This document shows, one piece after another, positions 38,822-52,590 of a DNA stretch of 64,000 nt (position 1 is the first letter of the stretch; each line of letters begins with the position of its first letter). Source of the stretch: the human T2T-CHM13v2.0 reference genome, Homo sapiens; the NCBI RefSeq assembly GCF_009914755.1, contig NC_060930.1; one strand, 5' to 3'. The translations under genes were made by a program, and so were the position numbers. The notes under the pieces are model-generated. The model made no database searches. It was not told where the DNA came from and saw only the letters and a list, made by a program, of their open reading frames with translations.

Positions 38822-41800
38822 ACCACATTTTTTGTTATCCAGTCATCCATTGATGGACACTTAGGTTTATTCCATATCTTTGCAATTATGGATAGTGCTG
38901 TGATAAACATATGAGTGCAGGTGTCTTTCTGATGATTTTTTTCCTTCAAGTATATATTCAGTAGTGGGATTGCTGGATGGAATGGTAGTTCTATTTTTAG
39001 TTCCTTGATAGATCTCTATACTGTTTTCCATAGAGGACATCCTAATTTACATTCCCACCAGTGTATGTAAGCATTCCCGTTTTTCTACGTTCTTGCCAAC
39101 ATCTTTTGCTTTTTGACTTTTTAATAATTGCCATTCCAGTGGGTATAAGATGGTGTCTCATGGTTTTAATTTGCCTTTCTCTGATGATTAGGGATGTGGA
39201 ACATTTTTACATATGCTTGTTGGCCATTTGTATGTCTTTAGAGAAATGTCTGTTCATGTCCTTTGCCCTCTTTTTAAAGGGGTTCTTTTTTTCTTTTTGA
39301 ATTGTTTGAGTTCCTTGTAGATTCTGGATGTTAGTCCTTTGTCAGATGCACAGTTTGCAAATATTTTCACCCATTCTGTAGGTTTTCTGTTTACTCTGCT
39401 GTGCAGAAGCTTTTTAGTTTAATTAAATCTTACTTGGCTATTTTTGTTTTGTTGCATTTGCTTTTGAGGTTTTAGTTATGAAATCTTTGTCTAGGCCAAT
39501 GTCCAGGAGAGTGTTTCCTGGGTTTTGTTCTAGAATATTCATAGTTTCAGATCTTACATTTAAGTCTCCAACTTTTGTATATGGTGAGAGATAGGGTTCT
39601 AGTTTCATTCTTCTGCATGTGGCTGTCCAGTTTTCCCAGCACCGTTTATTGAATAGGGTGTCCCTTCGCCAGTGTTATGTTTTTGTCAACTTTGTCAAAG
39701 ATCAGTTGGTTTTAAGTATGTGGCCCTGACTCTGGGTTCTCTATTCTGTTCCATTGATCTGTGTGCCTATTTTTATATCAGTACCATGCTGTTTGATTAC
39801 TATAGCCTTCAGGTATAATTTGAAGTCAGGTAACATGATGCCTCCAGCTTTGTTCTTTTTGTTTAGGATTGCTTTTGCTATTCAGGCTTTGGCTACTCAT
39901 ATGGTTCCATATGAATTTTAGGATTGTTTTTCTAATTCTGTGAAAAATGACATTGGTACTTTGATAAGAATTGCACTGAATCTGCAGATTGCTTTGGGCA
40001 TTATGGTCATGTTAACAATACTAATTCTTCTAGGCCATGATTTTTGCATCTGTGTTCATTAGGGATATTGGCCTATAGTTTTCCTTTTTTGTTGTGTCCT
40101 TGCCTTGCTTTGGTGTTAGGGTGTTACTGGCTTCATAGAACAAGTTAGGGAGGATTCCCTCCAACTTGATTTTTTTTTTTTTTTTTTTTTTTTTCAGGGA
40201 GTAGTCTCAGTGGGATTGGTACCAGTTCTTTGTACCTTTGGTAGAATTTGGCTCTCAATCTGTCTGGTCCTGTGCTTTTTCTTGGGAGATTTTTAAAGTA
40301 CTGATTCAATCTCACTCCTTTTTACTGGTCTTTTCAGGATTTCTGTTTCTTCCGATTCAATCTTGGGAGGTTGTATGTTTCCAGGAATGTATCCATTTCC
40401 TCTAGGTTTTCTAGTTTTTGAGTGTAGAGATGTTTATAGTAGCCTCTGATGATCTTTTGTCTTTCCATAGTATCAATGTCTACTTTTTCATTTCTGATTG
40501 TGCTTATTTGAATTGTGTCTCTTCTTTTTTTGGTTAATTTGAGTAGTAGTCCATTGATTATGTTCATCTTTTCAAAGAACCAACTTTGTTTTGTTGATCC
40601 TTTGCATTTTTTGGGGGGGGTCTCAATTTCGTTTAGTTCTGCTCTGATTTTTGTTATTTCTTCTGTTAGGTTTCAATTTGGTTTGTTCTTTTTTTTTTCT
40701 AGTGCCATGAGGGTTACATTAGGTCATTAATTTGTGATCTTTATTTTTGATGTAGGCATTTAGTGCTATAAACTTCCCTCTTACCGCTGCTTTGCTGTAT
40801 CCCAGAGGTTTTGGTCCATTGTGTCTCTATTTATATTCATTTCAAAAAATTTTTACATTTCATCCTAACTTTGTCATTGACCCAAAGGTTATTCAGGAGC
40901 AGGTTGTTTAATGTTCATGTATTTGTGTAGTTTTGAGAGTTCTCCTCTTGGAATTGATTTCTAGTTTTATTCCGCTGTGATCTGGAAAGATAGTTGATAT
41001 GATTTCAGTTTTTAAAAATGTACTGAGACTGTTCTGTGGCCTAACATATGGTCTACCCTGGAGACTGTTCCATGTGCTAAGAGGAATGTATGTCCTGTGG
41101 TTGTTGGGTAGAATGATCTTTAAATGTCTTTTAGGTCCATTTAATCCTGAGTCCAATTTAAGTTCAGTGTTTTATTGTTGATTTTCTGTGTTGATGATCT
41201 TTCTAGTGCTTGTAGTGAGGTGTTGAAGTCTCTCATTATTATTACATTGCTGTCTATCTCCTCTTAGGTCTAGTGGTAATGATTTTATGAATCTGAGTGC
41301 TTTGGTGTGGGGTGCATTTGTATTTAGGATGGTTATATCTTGTTGAATTGATCCCGTTATCATTATTTAATGGTCTTTTTTTTTTCTTTTTTAACTATTA
41401 TTGACTTAAAAGTCTCTTTTATCTAAATGTTGCTTCTCCCGCTCACTTTTGGTTTCTATTTGCATGGAATATCTTTTCCTACCTATTTACCTTGAGTCTT
41501 TGTTTTTACCAGTTAGGTGGTTTTCTGTAAGCAACATATGGTTGGATCATTTTTTTTTTTAAATCTAGTTCACCAATCTATATCTTTTATGTAAAGGATT
41601 TAATTCATTTATGTTCAGAGTTAATATTGATATGTGAGGTTTTGTTCCTGTCATAGTGTTAATTGTTAACTAGTTGCTTTTTAGTGTCAATTGTATAATT
41701 ATTTTATAAGATGTGAGTTTTATACCTTTTGTCTGACTGGGTTAATTCAAACCTGTCTTTAAGCTATTAGATTCTCTTTTCTGCTGGTCTAGTCTGCTGT

Positions 41801-44000
41801 TCAAGCTTTCAACTGTATTTTGTAATTCCTACAATGAATTTTTCATTTCTGGAATTTCTGTCTGGTTTTCTAAAAAATAGCTTTCTCTAGTAAAATTTTA
41901 ATTTAGATCCTATATTTTTCCGATTTCTTTGTGTTGGTTTTTTGACTTTCTCTTGGATCTTATTGCGCTTCTTTAAAATCAATATTTTGAATTCCTTAGC
42001 TGGTATTTCAAGGATTTCATTTTCTTTAGGGTCCACTGCTGGAGAGTTAGTGTGAGTCTTTGGGGATGTTGCAGCGCTCTTTTTTTTTTTTTTTTTTTTA
42101 ATACTTCTAGAGTTGTTACTCTGTTTCATTCTCATCTGGATAAACTATCTCTTCTTTATTTTTGAATTTACTTTGGCAGGATTTTTTTTTTTCCCTTGAG
42201 AATGTGAATATAACGTATGTTGTATATAGTTGTTTGACTTCAGTTCTGGGTACTTTCAGTGACAGAGACTCTGAGTTTCTTGGTTATAGTTGGCCTTTTT
42301 GTGGTAGCTTTCTCAAATGCTAGTGATAGTAATGATGTGCTTGGGTGTGTGAGCAGGATCCTCACCGTCTCCCGCGGGGCCTGGAAGGCAGAGTTCTCAG
42401 GAAGTTATTTTGTTCTCCCTTGCTTTGCACTTTGGCAGCAGAATTTATATTGGGTTGTGCAGGCCAGCAGGTGGTATTTATGGGTAAAAACCAGCTGCAG
42501 TGGAATCCGATGGGTGGGTCTATGAGTCTCTGTGCTTGACCTTTGTTTAATGGGGGAAGCTCTGTTGCTTCAGGCAGTGGAGTGGTCTGTGGAATGCACA
42601 GTGGCCTGAGCTACCTGCTCAGCCCCTGAGTGGGGGACAAAGCTGGACAGAACTGAACTGCCAGTTCTTCTCTTGGATACTCCAGTGGCTCAAGCACCAG
42701 CCCTAACAGGGGTAGCAGGGGTAGCTGTGTAGAAGGTGCCAAGGTGTCTGCGGGGAGGTGTGGGGGTTGCTCCAGCTCCATGGCCTGGGCAGGTGGGAGC
42801 ACAATCTGCCTCCCTGTCACACCCCGTCCTGGCGCTGGGAATATTCAGAACATGAGAATATCGCTGTCTGTCTCAGGCTGCAGTGTAGTGAGTGCTACGA
42901 GAGACACCTGTCCATGGCTTACCACCAATGTGTCTTCTGTAGTGAGCCTCCTCCCTCAACCCAAAGCACACACATTTGTAGCTCTCCTGCTCTTTGCCGC
43001 AGGAATGCTGTGGGTCCGTGTAGAGAGGGTGAGGCCCCACCTTTCGTGCAAGTCCTGGCTCAGTGGAAGTCGTGCAAGTCCACTGCCAGTGGAAATGCAG
43101 CTTCCCCTAACAGCCACAGAATGGCCACTGTCCTGTGTGCCTGTGCCAACCTGTGGGAGCAGCCATGACTGTGCCCACAGCAGTGGGTAGAGGGTGGGGG
43201 AGGAGAAGTCCTACTACCCACATCCGTGCCCAAGCACTGAGACCACCTGGCTCCTGGGCTGGAAGCATACTCCTCCCTTGCAGGGCTGAGTACAGCACCC
43301 CTGTCTCCACTGCATGTGGCACAGGCCACAAGCCATGCTCCTGGGCACAGGAAAGTGCATGCTCCTTTGTCCCAAGGAGTGCCCCCTTGGCATGCTGTAC
43401 TCTTTCTTCCCTTAGGAGCAGCACTCCCTGAGGGTAGATCTCTGGGAACCCTGCAGCTCCCCTGGGTCCAGCCAGCCCTGTGTGGCTGCTGCAGTCTCAG
43501 CAGGTGCCAAGAAAGGTCTGCAGGGCCTCTGGTGATACGGAGACATCAGTGCTGAGCTTCCCCAGGCAGTCCTCCCACTGCTGCCGCCACTGCCACCCAG
43601 GTCCAGTGGAGGGTGAGCAACCTGGCATAAGTGGTAGTCTGATGTAATGCCCTCAGGAAGTCCCCAAATTGCTGCCCGCACCAGTGTTTGGGTTTGTGAG
43701 GGCAGAAAAGCTCTCCCACAGTTCGGGTACCAGCAGTCGACCACAGAGGTGAGGGGCAGCAACAGCATTCCCGCCACCCCTTTCAAAGGAATACCAAGTC
43801 CCTCAGGGCTCCTAGCCGCTCTCTGCCCCTCTCGTTTCCTGCTTTTTATTTTTTGCCCTCGTTTCATCCCAGGGGTTCTCCACCAGGCTCCAGTGCTCTC
43901 CACTTGATACTCCATTCTGGCGACGGTTGCTCACCTGTAACTTGGGTTCTTCTGAGAACCGGCCTCTGGCAACTCTGTTCAGCTGTCTTGAAACAAAAGA
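38400..44000 (-). mobile_element. Old L1 (L1M/L1PB-like) with internal deletions: 3' end near 38400, 5'UTR near 42300-44000; (CA)n at ~38783-38823
   Basis: Minus-strand ORF2-like peptides (40334..40567 ...[21 protein letters not shown]; 40908..41156 ...PDHSGIKLEIN) and ORF1-like ENEILEIPAKEFKILILKK (41887..42135). Confidence 0.9.
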
Positions 44001-45169
44001 AACCCCCACTTGTCATTTTGCATGGAAATTGCTAAACACAGTTAAAAGAGCTTTGTAGAAAGCAGTGTTTAGAGTACGAAGATAAGGGAGTGCGAGGTCT
44101 GCTGATTGAGGCCCAGCTCCTGTTTGATTTCCCTCTCTCTCTACAAAGAGACCATCCAGACTGAAAAACCTGGTGAGAGGGATTTGAGGCCTGGGATTGA
44201 GATCTGAGAAAGCACTAGATTGTTGTGAATTCTTGGGTCTGACATTATCCTTGGTGATATACTTAGGAAACTTACAGGTGAGATGGCCAGTTTACTCATT
44301 GTGCTCTTTTGAGAACTCACAGAGAAAGGCCACAAGTAATTCTGTTGGCCAGTGTTATGTAGGTGTTCAGAAAGAAGGAAAAGTAGCTTTCTTCTTGATT
44401 TTATTATAATACTTCAATATTTTTGGCTAATGAAAGTATGTCTTGAGTTTATGGTAGTATAGTATGGTATGGTATAGTGTAATACCACATAGACTGATGC
44501 CAGATGGAGGCAACTTACTTGAAGGATAATTTGTGAGCTTGGCCTCACTGGACAAAGTTTGAGTTTGACCAAGTTCTGTGGACCTTGAAAGCCAGGGAGG
44601 AGAAGAGTTGTTATTTTTTTGTAGGGAGTGGATCCATTACAGATCTTTTGTGATGGTAACGGGGAGGTGATGTGATGGAAGGTGTTTTTAGGAAGCTGGC
44701 CCCGTGGAATAGGAAACGATGCCTACAGGGGAGATACCAAAGATAACTAGATGACTAAAAAGTAACTTACAGGTTAAGATGATGATGATACTATTATAAA
44801 CCAGCAGTTTCCAATCTCATTTTTTCCCCCAGATATGTGTGACAGATCCCTTTCCCAGAGCTTGAAACTTCCAGAGGGAGTCATCATATATACTTTCAGG
44901 ACTCTCAGTAACGGCTCCCTTTCTTCAACTGGAGAGAGCAGTTTGTATGAGTCAATGAGAGTGACATTCACAGTAGCATAGGGATAATCCCGAATCAAAT
45001 CTAATTTGCATATACAATAAAAATACCTAAATTTTGTTGCACATTCATGTGCTAGGCCTAATGTTTAAAAGTAAAATATCTCATTTAATTCATTCAACAA
45101 CCCTTTAAAGTAGGTGATTTCATTTCCCTCATGTTATAAATGAAGAAATGGAAGCGCAAAATGGATCTG

Positions 45170-45572
45170 TGTTCTACAGTGGGCAGGTCTGTGCAAATCT
45201 GCCCCCGAAGTCCAAGGAAGTTGAGAGGCTGAAGAAGGAGGCTGACACCCAGTTTCTCAGAAAGAAACATTTAATACGGACTTATGAATAGAAGCCACAT
45301 CTCAAGAAGTCACGAGATGGGATGGATCCCTCTGCCATCACCCACTCCAGACCCAGGGATCATACACCATAGGGAAGGGGTGGTTCAGAAGGAATGTGTA
45401 GGACAATTGAAGTAGGTTTTTTGACCTAAGGGGAGGATTCGTGATAATTACCTGCTCTTACACAAGGAACAGTAGATAAACTGGAAATCTTGGAGGCCTT
45501 CCTGGAACTGGGGTTAATCGGAAGTCAGCAGGGCTGTTTGGCCTCCAGAATGGCGTTACTTTAGCCTCCACA
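45170..45572 (-). mobile_element. ERV1-class solo LTR (family not assigned)
   Basis: gggcaggtctgtgcaaatctgccccc...cagtttctcagaaagaaacatttaata...ttagcctccaca. Confidence 0.6.
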
Positions 45573-46339
45573 ATGAGCACCTTGCTGGAGGTGGTGTGGT
45601 TATGGATTTGAATGTGGACAGCCGGCTCCAGAGCCTGTGTACTCACTCAGGGCTGTGCTTTTGTGTGAGTCATGGGGTCACATCAGACAGATTGGAGCTG
45701 AAATGGAGACCAGGATGGGAGATCTGAATGTGTGGCTCTGAGAGGACATCTGAGAACGAACTTCTTTTGATCTTGTTAGAAAGGAAAAAATGTGAACCTT
45801 CAAAACAACCACAAGAACTGGAGCTCCCCGCAGATCAGAGGAACAGAAGAGCTAGCATAGAAATAGATCCAAATATGTATGGGAACTTAAGATAACTTAC
45901 AACCAAAAAATTGGGTGTAAGTAGCTATTGTCTCTTACGAAACAAAGTTCAATCCCTCCTTTAGATCACATACTGAAATTACAGCTCAGTTAAGATTTGA
46001 AAGTAAAAAGACAATAGAACATTGGAAAAAAAATTAGTAACATATAGATATAATCTAGAAGAGCCTTCCTTAAGGAATCCTGGAAGCCATACAGGAGAAG
46101 AGGAACATTTCTTATTACATACCTTTTAATGACTAAAAGGTGTTCTAAAGACAAAAGACATACACTAGACTGGGAAAAACATTTCCAGCATGTTTGCCAA
46201 TGTACTATTAGGATGAGAGCTTTTCTTAAAAATTGGTAAGAAAGACAGACACCCAGGAGAAAAATGGCAAAGTCAAAGAACAGGTAATTCACAAAAGAAG
46301 AAATCCAGATGCTCAATACAACTTCACTAATAAGCCAGG

Positions 46340-46725
46340 TGGATTAGTCCTTTCTCACATTGCTGTAAAGAACTACCTGATACTTGGTAATTTATGAAGG
46401 AGAGAGGTTGGATTCACAGTTCTGAAGGCTGTGTAGGAAGCATGGCTGGGGAGGCCTCAGGAAACTTAAAATCATGGCAGCAGGTGAAGGGGAAGCAGGC
46501 AGCTTCTTCACATGGTGACAGGAGAGGAGTGGGGCGGTGCTACACACTTTCAAACAAGCACATCTAGTGAGAACTCTTATCACGAGACAGCACTTGGGGA
46601 TGGTGCTACACCATTGGAAACCAGCCCCGTGATCCAGTTACCTCCCACCAGGCCCCACCTCCAACACTCGGGATCACAATTCATCATGAGATTTGGGTGG
46701 CGAGACAGAGCTAAGCCGCATCACC
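46340..46725 (-). mobile_element. MST (MaLR) solo LTR within L1 fragments
   Basis: attagtcctttctcacattgctgtaaagaactacctga...cctcccaccaggccccacctccaacac. Confidence 0.85.
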
Positions 46726-46911
46726 AGGTATAAATGCAAATCAGAGCAATTATGAGATCTCATTTTTCTTTGAGAAGTTGGCAGAAATTTAAATGGTTGA
46801 ATCATAGAGTGCTGGCAAGGAGCCTGGAAATGGGCACATTTATTTATACGTTGCTGTAGGAAGACGGTTGTCTCTAAATCCTTTTGGGAAGATAATAGTT
46901 GGTGTGAGGTT

Positions 46912-47242
<331 letters not shown>

Positions 47243-47247
47243 TGAAG

Positions 47248-47780
47248 CAGGGGTCCTCAACCCCCGGGCCACAGACTGGTAGCGGTTTGTAGCCTGTTAG
47301 GAGCTGGGCTGCACAGCAGGAGGTGAGTGGTGGGTGACAGAGTGAAGCTTCGTCTGTATTTACAGCCGCTCCCCATTGCTTGCACTACTGCCTGAGCTCT
47401 GCATCCTGTTAGATAAGTGGCAGCAGTAGATGCTTATAGGAGCGCGAACCCTATTGTGAACTGCACATGCAAGGGATCTAGGTTGTGACCCCTTATGAGA
47501 ATCTAGTGCCTGATGATTTGTCAGTGTCTCCCATCACCCCCAGATGGGACCATCTAGTTGCATGAAAACAAGCTCGGGGCTTCCACTGATTCTGCACTGT
47601 GGTGTGTTGTATAATTATTTCAATTACATATTACAATGTAATAATAATAGAAATAAAGGGTACAATAAATGTAATATGCTTGAATCATCCCGAAACCATC
47701 CCACCCCCAGTCCAAGTCCATGGAAAAACTGTCTTTCATGAAACCAGTCTCTGGTGCCAACAAGGTTGGGGGCTGCTGCC
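47248..47780. mobile_element. MER1A-like hAT-Charlie element
   Basis: Termini caggggtcctcaaccccc...aaggttgggggctgctg. Confidence 0.85.
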
Positions 47781-48060
47781 CTAAAATTTTTTATAGTGAG
47801 AAACAAATATTAAGACCTCAATGCTGGTTTAAACAATATTACATTATTTTAAATTGAGGAATCATACATTATCCACACATCCAAGGAGCTCAGAAGAAAT
47901 TAAAAAAATCATACATTAGTTTTTCCTTAGGCAAACAATATTACATATGTGAATCTTAGCAAATGTTAGCCATCATTTTCATAGGGCCTGTGAACAATAT
48001 TTGGTCCCATTTGCAACCTAATTATTTTCACATTTTAAAGTGGTTTATACATTTTATATG

Positions 48061-48798
<738 letters not shown>

Positions 48799-50961
48799 AT
48801 TTGATTTCCTTTTCAAGTACCTCAGATGTCTGGCTTAACAGTTAAAATTTCAGTGTAACAATAATTATAAATTTATGAGTATTATTATTTAATAATTCTT
48901 ATATATTTACTAGTTATGCTAAAATTCTAAAATTTCTAATTCTAAAATTCTCTTAAATGTTCTAATACTGTGTCGTAAGTCTGAATTAATTGCTGAGTTA
49001 TAAACTTTGGATTGGAGTTATATTAAACATTGCAGTAAAAATACCAAATACATTCACATTTTTTTCTAACACATCAAATATTAATATTATGATTTTAATT
49101 AATCTTCTGAGGATTACAGCTCTATATCCATTTCAGGAAGCCTGTTACCAGCCCATTTAACTTGAGGTAATGTACTCACTAAGGAACAGTGTTAATTGAG
49201 GTTACCTCTGGAGCCTGGAATTCTGTTTGGCTTCTTGTTGGTGACCTGGTAGGACACAGTGAGTCCGACTGTAGTTGCCGTCCCAGGTGATTCATTTACT
49301 TTAAAGAGCCTGGCCCCTGACTTCCAGTGATTTGATAGTGTCTGATTCTTGTATGCACTCACAGAAATCTACAGCAGGCACTGGATTGATCATTGGATTG
49401 TATCTTTCATCTCTTTGACTCATAAGATGTGAAAATGCCTTTTCCTCTTAAGTCTTTTATTTTCTTAAAACCTAGAATTCTGTTGGATATTTAAGATGAT
49501 ACCTGGTTGAGTTTTGGATACAACTCATGTTTTTATCTGATTTATGGTCTCTCCTGATAGTCTGGCAATACCTGTTAACATTTTAAAACGTATATTCACA
49601 TAATCTTTTGTGACTCAAACGGATAGAAGAAGTAGTACTATATGTAGATATTTGTACAAAAGGTTTTTGGTAGCATTGTTTATTGTGGCAAATATGCTGG
49701 AACAATCTACTGTGTGGGTATGGTTCAATAATTTATAGTGTATTTTCTTCTTATTTACTTGGTTAAATCATCTAAAATTATATGTGTACATTATATTAAA
49801 ACATAGCCAACAGTTAATGTTTATTTATAATAACTATTTGACTATCAGTCATATGTAGGCACCGGTTTAGGTACTGGAATTGAATCAGTCACTACAACAG
49901 GCAAGAATCTCTTTTTTTCATGGAGCTTACATTTTAGTAGGGTGGGAGACAGATGAAAAAAGCAATGGCTAAGTAGTATGTTAAACTGTGATGACTGCTA
50001 CAGAAAAGGAAAGGAAGGGTAATCAGGAGTACTGGGGGCTCGGGTGTGTGTGTGAGGATATTAAATAGGGTAAGTGTCACTGAGAATGTGACACGTAAGT
50101 AAAGACCTTGAGTTGAGGGAGTGAGCTGTGTGTCTCTCTGGGGGAACAGCCAGTTCAGGGGACAAGAAGGGTAGCCAAGGAGTGTGTTGGTGGTAGCAAG
50201 AAAATAAAAATCTTTTAAAAAGAGTATCCATATAAATAGAGAAGCTGGAGGTTAAAAAATTGGATGAGTATTTTTTTTTTTAATTTGGCAAAATAGCGTG
50301 AATAGTATATGTTGAAGGAAACGCTAAGTGGGTGGTGCAGGGGAGAGAGGAAGACTTGCTTGAGCACATCGGGAAGTAGGACAGGAAGGGTTCTCTGTTT
50401 GCCTTGTAGGTTCTAATTGCCATGGCAATAATATAATTGCTGTGGCCGCTGCGGTAGGCAGGAGGGCTGCCTGTGAAGTCAGGATCACCAGGCTTTGTGG
50501 CTTCAAGGAGGCCAAATCACCATGGGCTTGCTTGGGCTTGGAGGTGCGACCTGGTGGGCCTGCAGAATGCGACTTGGTGGCCTGACTGAGCAGCACGTGA
50601 GGGCCTGGTGCAGCCTGGCATGGTGGTACCCTTGAGAGCGTGGCCTAGAGGGCTCCGAGGTGCAGCCTGGCCAGTGTGGTCTGGAGGGGTCTGGCAAGCG
50701 CTATCTGGAGCACTCAGAGGTGTGGCCTGTTTTTCCGGGTGGGTCTAGTGAGTGTAGCTTGGAGTGCTGGGTGGTGTGGCCTGGCTGGCACCGAGGTCCC
50801 TGCGGATTCTGGAGAACCTCAAGGTGCGGCCCCGGGGGTGTGGCCAAGTGTGGTGTGTGGAGGGCCCTTGTGTGCAGCCTGGTGGTTCCTGTGAGCATGG
50901 TTTGGAGGGCCTGGTGAATGTGTCCTGGTAGGCCTGGTGAGTGTGTGAGCATGGCCTAGAG

Positions 50962-51404
50962 TGTCACCAAACCAAAGTGGACCCGCCTGCCTGTGCACCA
51001 GGGAAAGCCAAACACCAAAGCGCAGGGTTTTTGCTGGAGAGAGTGGACTGCACTGCGACGAGACAGGAGGAAAGGTCAAACCTGTCTCCCCAAGCTGGCG
51101 GCTGGGTCGGGTTTTATAAGCATAAGCTTATTACCATAAGGTAATGAGGTGTGTTCTGATTGGATCTTGCAATTAGATGACACCAGGGCTCTATCTGATT
51201 GGATCCTGGATCTTGCCATGTGGTGTGCGCTTCTTATTTCAGTCCCGCTCCTCAGTCCAGCGCTTAGGTTCCTCCCGTGTTGCAAGCTTGGTTCATCTGT
51301 GCAGGCTCCGGTGACATGATGTCGAACTGGGAGCCATGGCAGCTGAAAAACAACGAACAGCTTTGTACATAAAAGATGATACAGCTTGGTCTAATGTGGT
51401 TCTA
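50962..51404 (-). mobile_element. ERV-class solo LTR, antisense, abutting the intron-2 CpG island (family not assigned)
   Basis: Begins tgtcaccaaaccaaag...aaagccaaacacc, resembling antisense MER4-group LTR ends; tandem tctgattggatc boxes and ttttata. Confidence 0.6.
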
Positions 51405-52229
51405 AGGAGGCTCTGCCGGCGAGTCTTAGGGGTTCCGGCGGGCAGCCGCGTGAACCTGGAGCTTGGGGTCTGCAGTGCTGGGAGGCCGAGGCCTGGCATG
51501 TTGGGGACAGGTCTTGGGAGCTGACTGGGGGCCTGGCGTGGTGGCGGCAGCCCGCAGTCCCTGCCTGGCCCTTGTCTGGGAGGCCGCGGTTCTCTGCGGC
51601 CTCTCGCCGGTGTCGCCCTTGGCCACTGGGCTGCGAGGAAGCCGGCGAGGAGTGGGTGTGCGCCCCGCCCGGCTCTACCGGCGAGGGATGCAGTGGCCGC
51701 CAGCGTGGCCGTGCGGCTGGGTCACTCCCTTCCCGCTTCCAGGGCCTTTTTCTGCCTCCTTTTCAGGACGTGACCCGCACATTATGAGGGACCCGTAGGG
51801 GCTCTTGACACAGAGGGGTCACCCTATGTGTGAACAGGTTACGAGGTTGGGGGCTTGGCTTCTGAACTTGCCAGGAAACACCGCATCCCTTTTCCTGCAG
51901 CGGCCGCCCCCCATCCCCCACCCGCCCCATTCTCTCCCCTCCCCAACTGCAGCCTTCCGCGCCTCCTTGGCCCCTCGAGCCTCCCTGGGTCCCCTGCACC
52001 TCCCCATGTCCCCCACGACTCCTAGGCCTCTCGCGCTTCCCCAGGACCCCGCGCATCCTGGGCCTCTTGCGCCTCCCCGGTCCTCAGCGCCTCCTCGGCC
52101 GCCGTGCCTCCCCGCACCTTTTGCGCCTCATGGGGCTCCCGGTGCCTTCTGCCCGCCGCCTCGCCGCGCCCCTCGCCTCCTCATGCCCCTCCGCGCCCCA
52201 TACCTCCCCACCCCTGTGCCTCTCTGCCT

Positions 52230-52470
52230 ATCCCCTGTACCACCCGGCATCCTCCGTGCCCCATGCGCCTCACCCCTCACGCCTCCCTGTACCCTGCATG
52301 CCCCGTGTGCCTGCTGTGCCCCACGCGCCTCCCCCCTCGCGCCTCCCTGTACCCTGCATGCCCTGTGCGCCTGCTGCGCCCCACGCGCCTCCCCCCTCGC
52401 GCCTCCCCCCTTCGCGCCTCCCTGTACCCTGCATACCCCGTGAGCCTGCTGCGCCCCATGCGCCTTCCGC
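52230..52470. repeat. 60-bp CpG-rich tandem repeat (~4 copies) in the DMR
   Basis: gcctccctgtaccctgcatgcccYgtgYgcctgctgYgccccacgcgcctcccccctcgc at 52281-52340 and 52341-52400, with partial copies either side. Confidence 0.9.
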
Positions 52471-52590
52471 GTCTCCAGCCCTCATGCGCCTCCAGCTGCG
52501 CATCTCCCTAGGCGGGTACCTCAGCACCGCTGAGCCCACCCCCGCCCCTGCTCAGTGCCTCCCAGACACGCCCACTGCGGGCGGGACAGT

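Noticed and set aside
40334-44035. Several ORFs, some L1 ORF1/ORF2-like
   Set aside because: Fragments of a degenerate, internally deleted L1; not coding-competent.
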